DNA of 62,833 bases, the filler included, from Folioceros fuciformis (lineage: Eukaryota), in NCBI GenBank assembly GCA_049999805.1. It is 5 parts of 4 records of this genome, joined end to end, with 100 filler letters (N's around TTAATTAATTAA, not from the genome) between each part and the next. Parts side by side here need not be neighbours in the genome. Positions count along the whole stretch, not along the records: positions 60,091 to 62,833 come from JBNGIO010005764.1; 4 more parts are not named here. One strand, written 5' to 3'. The notes beneath the pieces were generated by a model. It did not search any database. It was not told where the DNA came from and was given only the letters and a program-made list of their open reading frames with translations. Position 1 is the first letter of the stretch. Each line of letters begins with the position of its first letter. Below are positions 61,229 through 62,833 of this stretch, piece by piece. Made by a program: the position numbers and the translations under genes.

Positions 61229-62833
61229 CCGCAGCCCAATGAACACGTCCCGGCTGCTTCAAGAATTGTGAAACCATACTAACAGAATAGCTGATATCTG
61301 GGCGAGTCCAATTAGAGAGAAATATCAAACAACCCACTGCCTCAGCATAAGGTACAGCTGCCATCTCAGCAGCATCGGCGCTAGTGAAATCCTCAGCTGA
61401 TAACTTAACCCCCACTGCTAAGGGAGTGGATACAGGACGCGCATCTTGAAGATGAAAGCGATGCAAAATCTCCTTCAAATACTTAGTTTGATGCAAGGTA
61501 ATACAACCAGCTAACCTGTCTCTCAAGATTTGGATGCCCAAACAGAATTACAAGTCTCCTTGATCTGTCATTTCAAACTCACGGCGGAGCATATCCTTAA
61601 CAGTTGCAAGCTGTTCCAAACTAGTGCTTAGCAAAACACAATCATCCACATAAAGTGCAAGGATCACAAACTGAGAACCAGCCGAGAGAAAGAAAACATT
61701 GCTATCAGCAGGAGACTGTAGGAAGCCAAGTTGCTTAAGATACTTCATAATCCTCTTGTACCAAGCCCGGGGAGACTGCTTCAAACCATAGATTGTCTTG
61801 AGTAACTTACATACCTTCTTAGGATGTTGTTTGTCCACAAATCCTTCAGGCTGATCCATGTATAATGTCTCCTCTAACTCACCATGCAGGAAAGCCGTAC
61901 ACACATCCATCTGTTGCACCTCCAAGTTAAGTTTAGCAGCTAAAGCCATCAAAATACGAATAGAGGGAGGCTTGACCACAGGAGAAAAGGTATCGCCGTA
62001 GTCAATCCCGGGAATTTGACTAAATCCCCTAGCTACTAGCCGAGACTTGTAACGTGCAATAGAACCATCTGCATTCAACTTGGTCTTGAATACCCACTTG
62101 CAACTTATAGGTTTCCTTCCAGCAAGCAAATCAGCCAACTCCCAAGTGTGGTTTTTGATCAAGGAGTTGTACTCATCAGCAATGGAAACCTTCCACTTCT
62201 CACCATCAGGGCCATGAAGTGCTTCTGAATAAGATTGAGGATCTGGACGAACCTCTGGAACCTTCAAATCAACATGATGTGCTTGGGGACGCCGAAAATC
62301 AATAGATTGGTATGGAGGTTCCAACCATTGAGAGGGAGGTCGCCGCTCACGAGAAGGATACCTAGGCTCAGCAGCTAAAGGAGTAGGCTTCTTAGCAGTT
62401 GGAGCTGCATCAACTACAGGATCATCCTGATTATCAAAAACACCATCACCAGAAGCGTCAGAAACACCTTCACTAGGAGAATCTACACCCAAATCAACAA
62501 GTCCAGGCACGTCATGTCCATCATCAAGAGGAGCAATATCTAACAAAGGTAATTCGATACCCTCTTCACCATCTGACCCTGGATACTCAGCAGGTGGTAC
62601 ATAAGAAATATCATCCTGTTGCTCAGCATTAGAAGAACTAGAAGGAGAACCATCTGTTTCAGCTGAAGCATTAGCTACCCCCATTGAATCCAACTGATCA
62701 GTAACAAGACTAGTCCTAGGTGTACTTGGCTCCACAAAAACAACACTCCGTGCCAACACAACTTCATGGGTAAGAGAATCAAACAGCCTATATGCCTTGG
62801 AAGTCTCTGAATATCCCAAAAATATATATGGCT
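61229..62833 (-). mobile_element. Ty1/Copia retrotransposon D, integrase C-terminus and reverse transcriptase; runs off the window end
   Basis: GYSETSKAYRLF, CKWVFKTK..RYKSRLVARGFSQIPGIDYGDTFSPV, QMDVCTAFLHG, YGLKQSPRAW and LYVDD. Confidence 0.92.

Overview
Draft-assembly window (N gaps, some carrying an artificial TTAATTAATTAA linker) from the nuclear genome of an early-diverging land plant. A hornwort is the best guess; this is inferred from the DRH-terminal HAE-type DYW variant and the mostly ~100-bp introns. Intact host genes: a 16-exon double-PZP PHD-finger chromatin gene (7563-15196, -), prefoldin 2, an LEA_2/NHL-type membrane protein, a PLS-PPR editing factor, and a CYSTM gene that appears to have two alternative last exons. 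The PPR gene combines a DYW:KP/DRH-type deaminase-like domain with an N-terminal OSB-type PDF motif. There is also a disrupted VDR-like gene. The rest is transposon debris: a CACTA transposase remnant, a long degenerate L1-like LINE, five Copia segments, pieces of a large-LTR family in nested insertions, and several minisatellites. Two items lie in the TE cluster: a decayed bacterial-type beta-class N4-cytosine/N6-adenine DNA methyltransferase frame (49283-49879, -, missed by the ORF track) and an intronless FIP37/WTAP fragment. All calls come from reading and translating by eye; no database searches were run.
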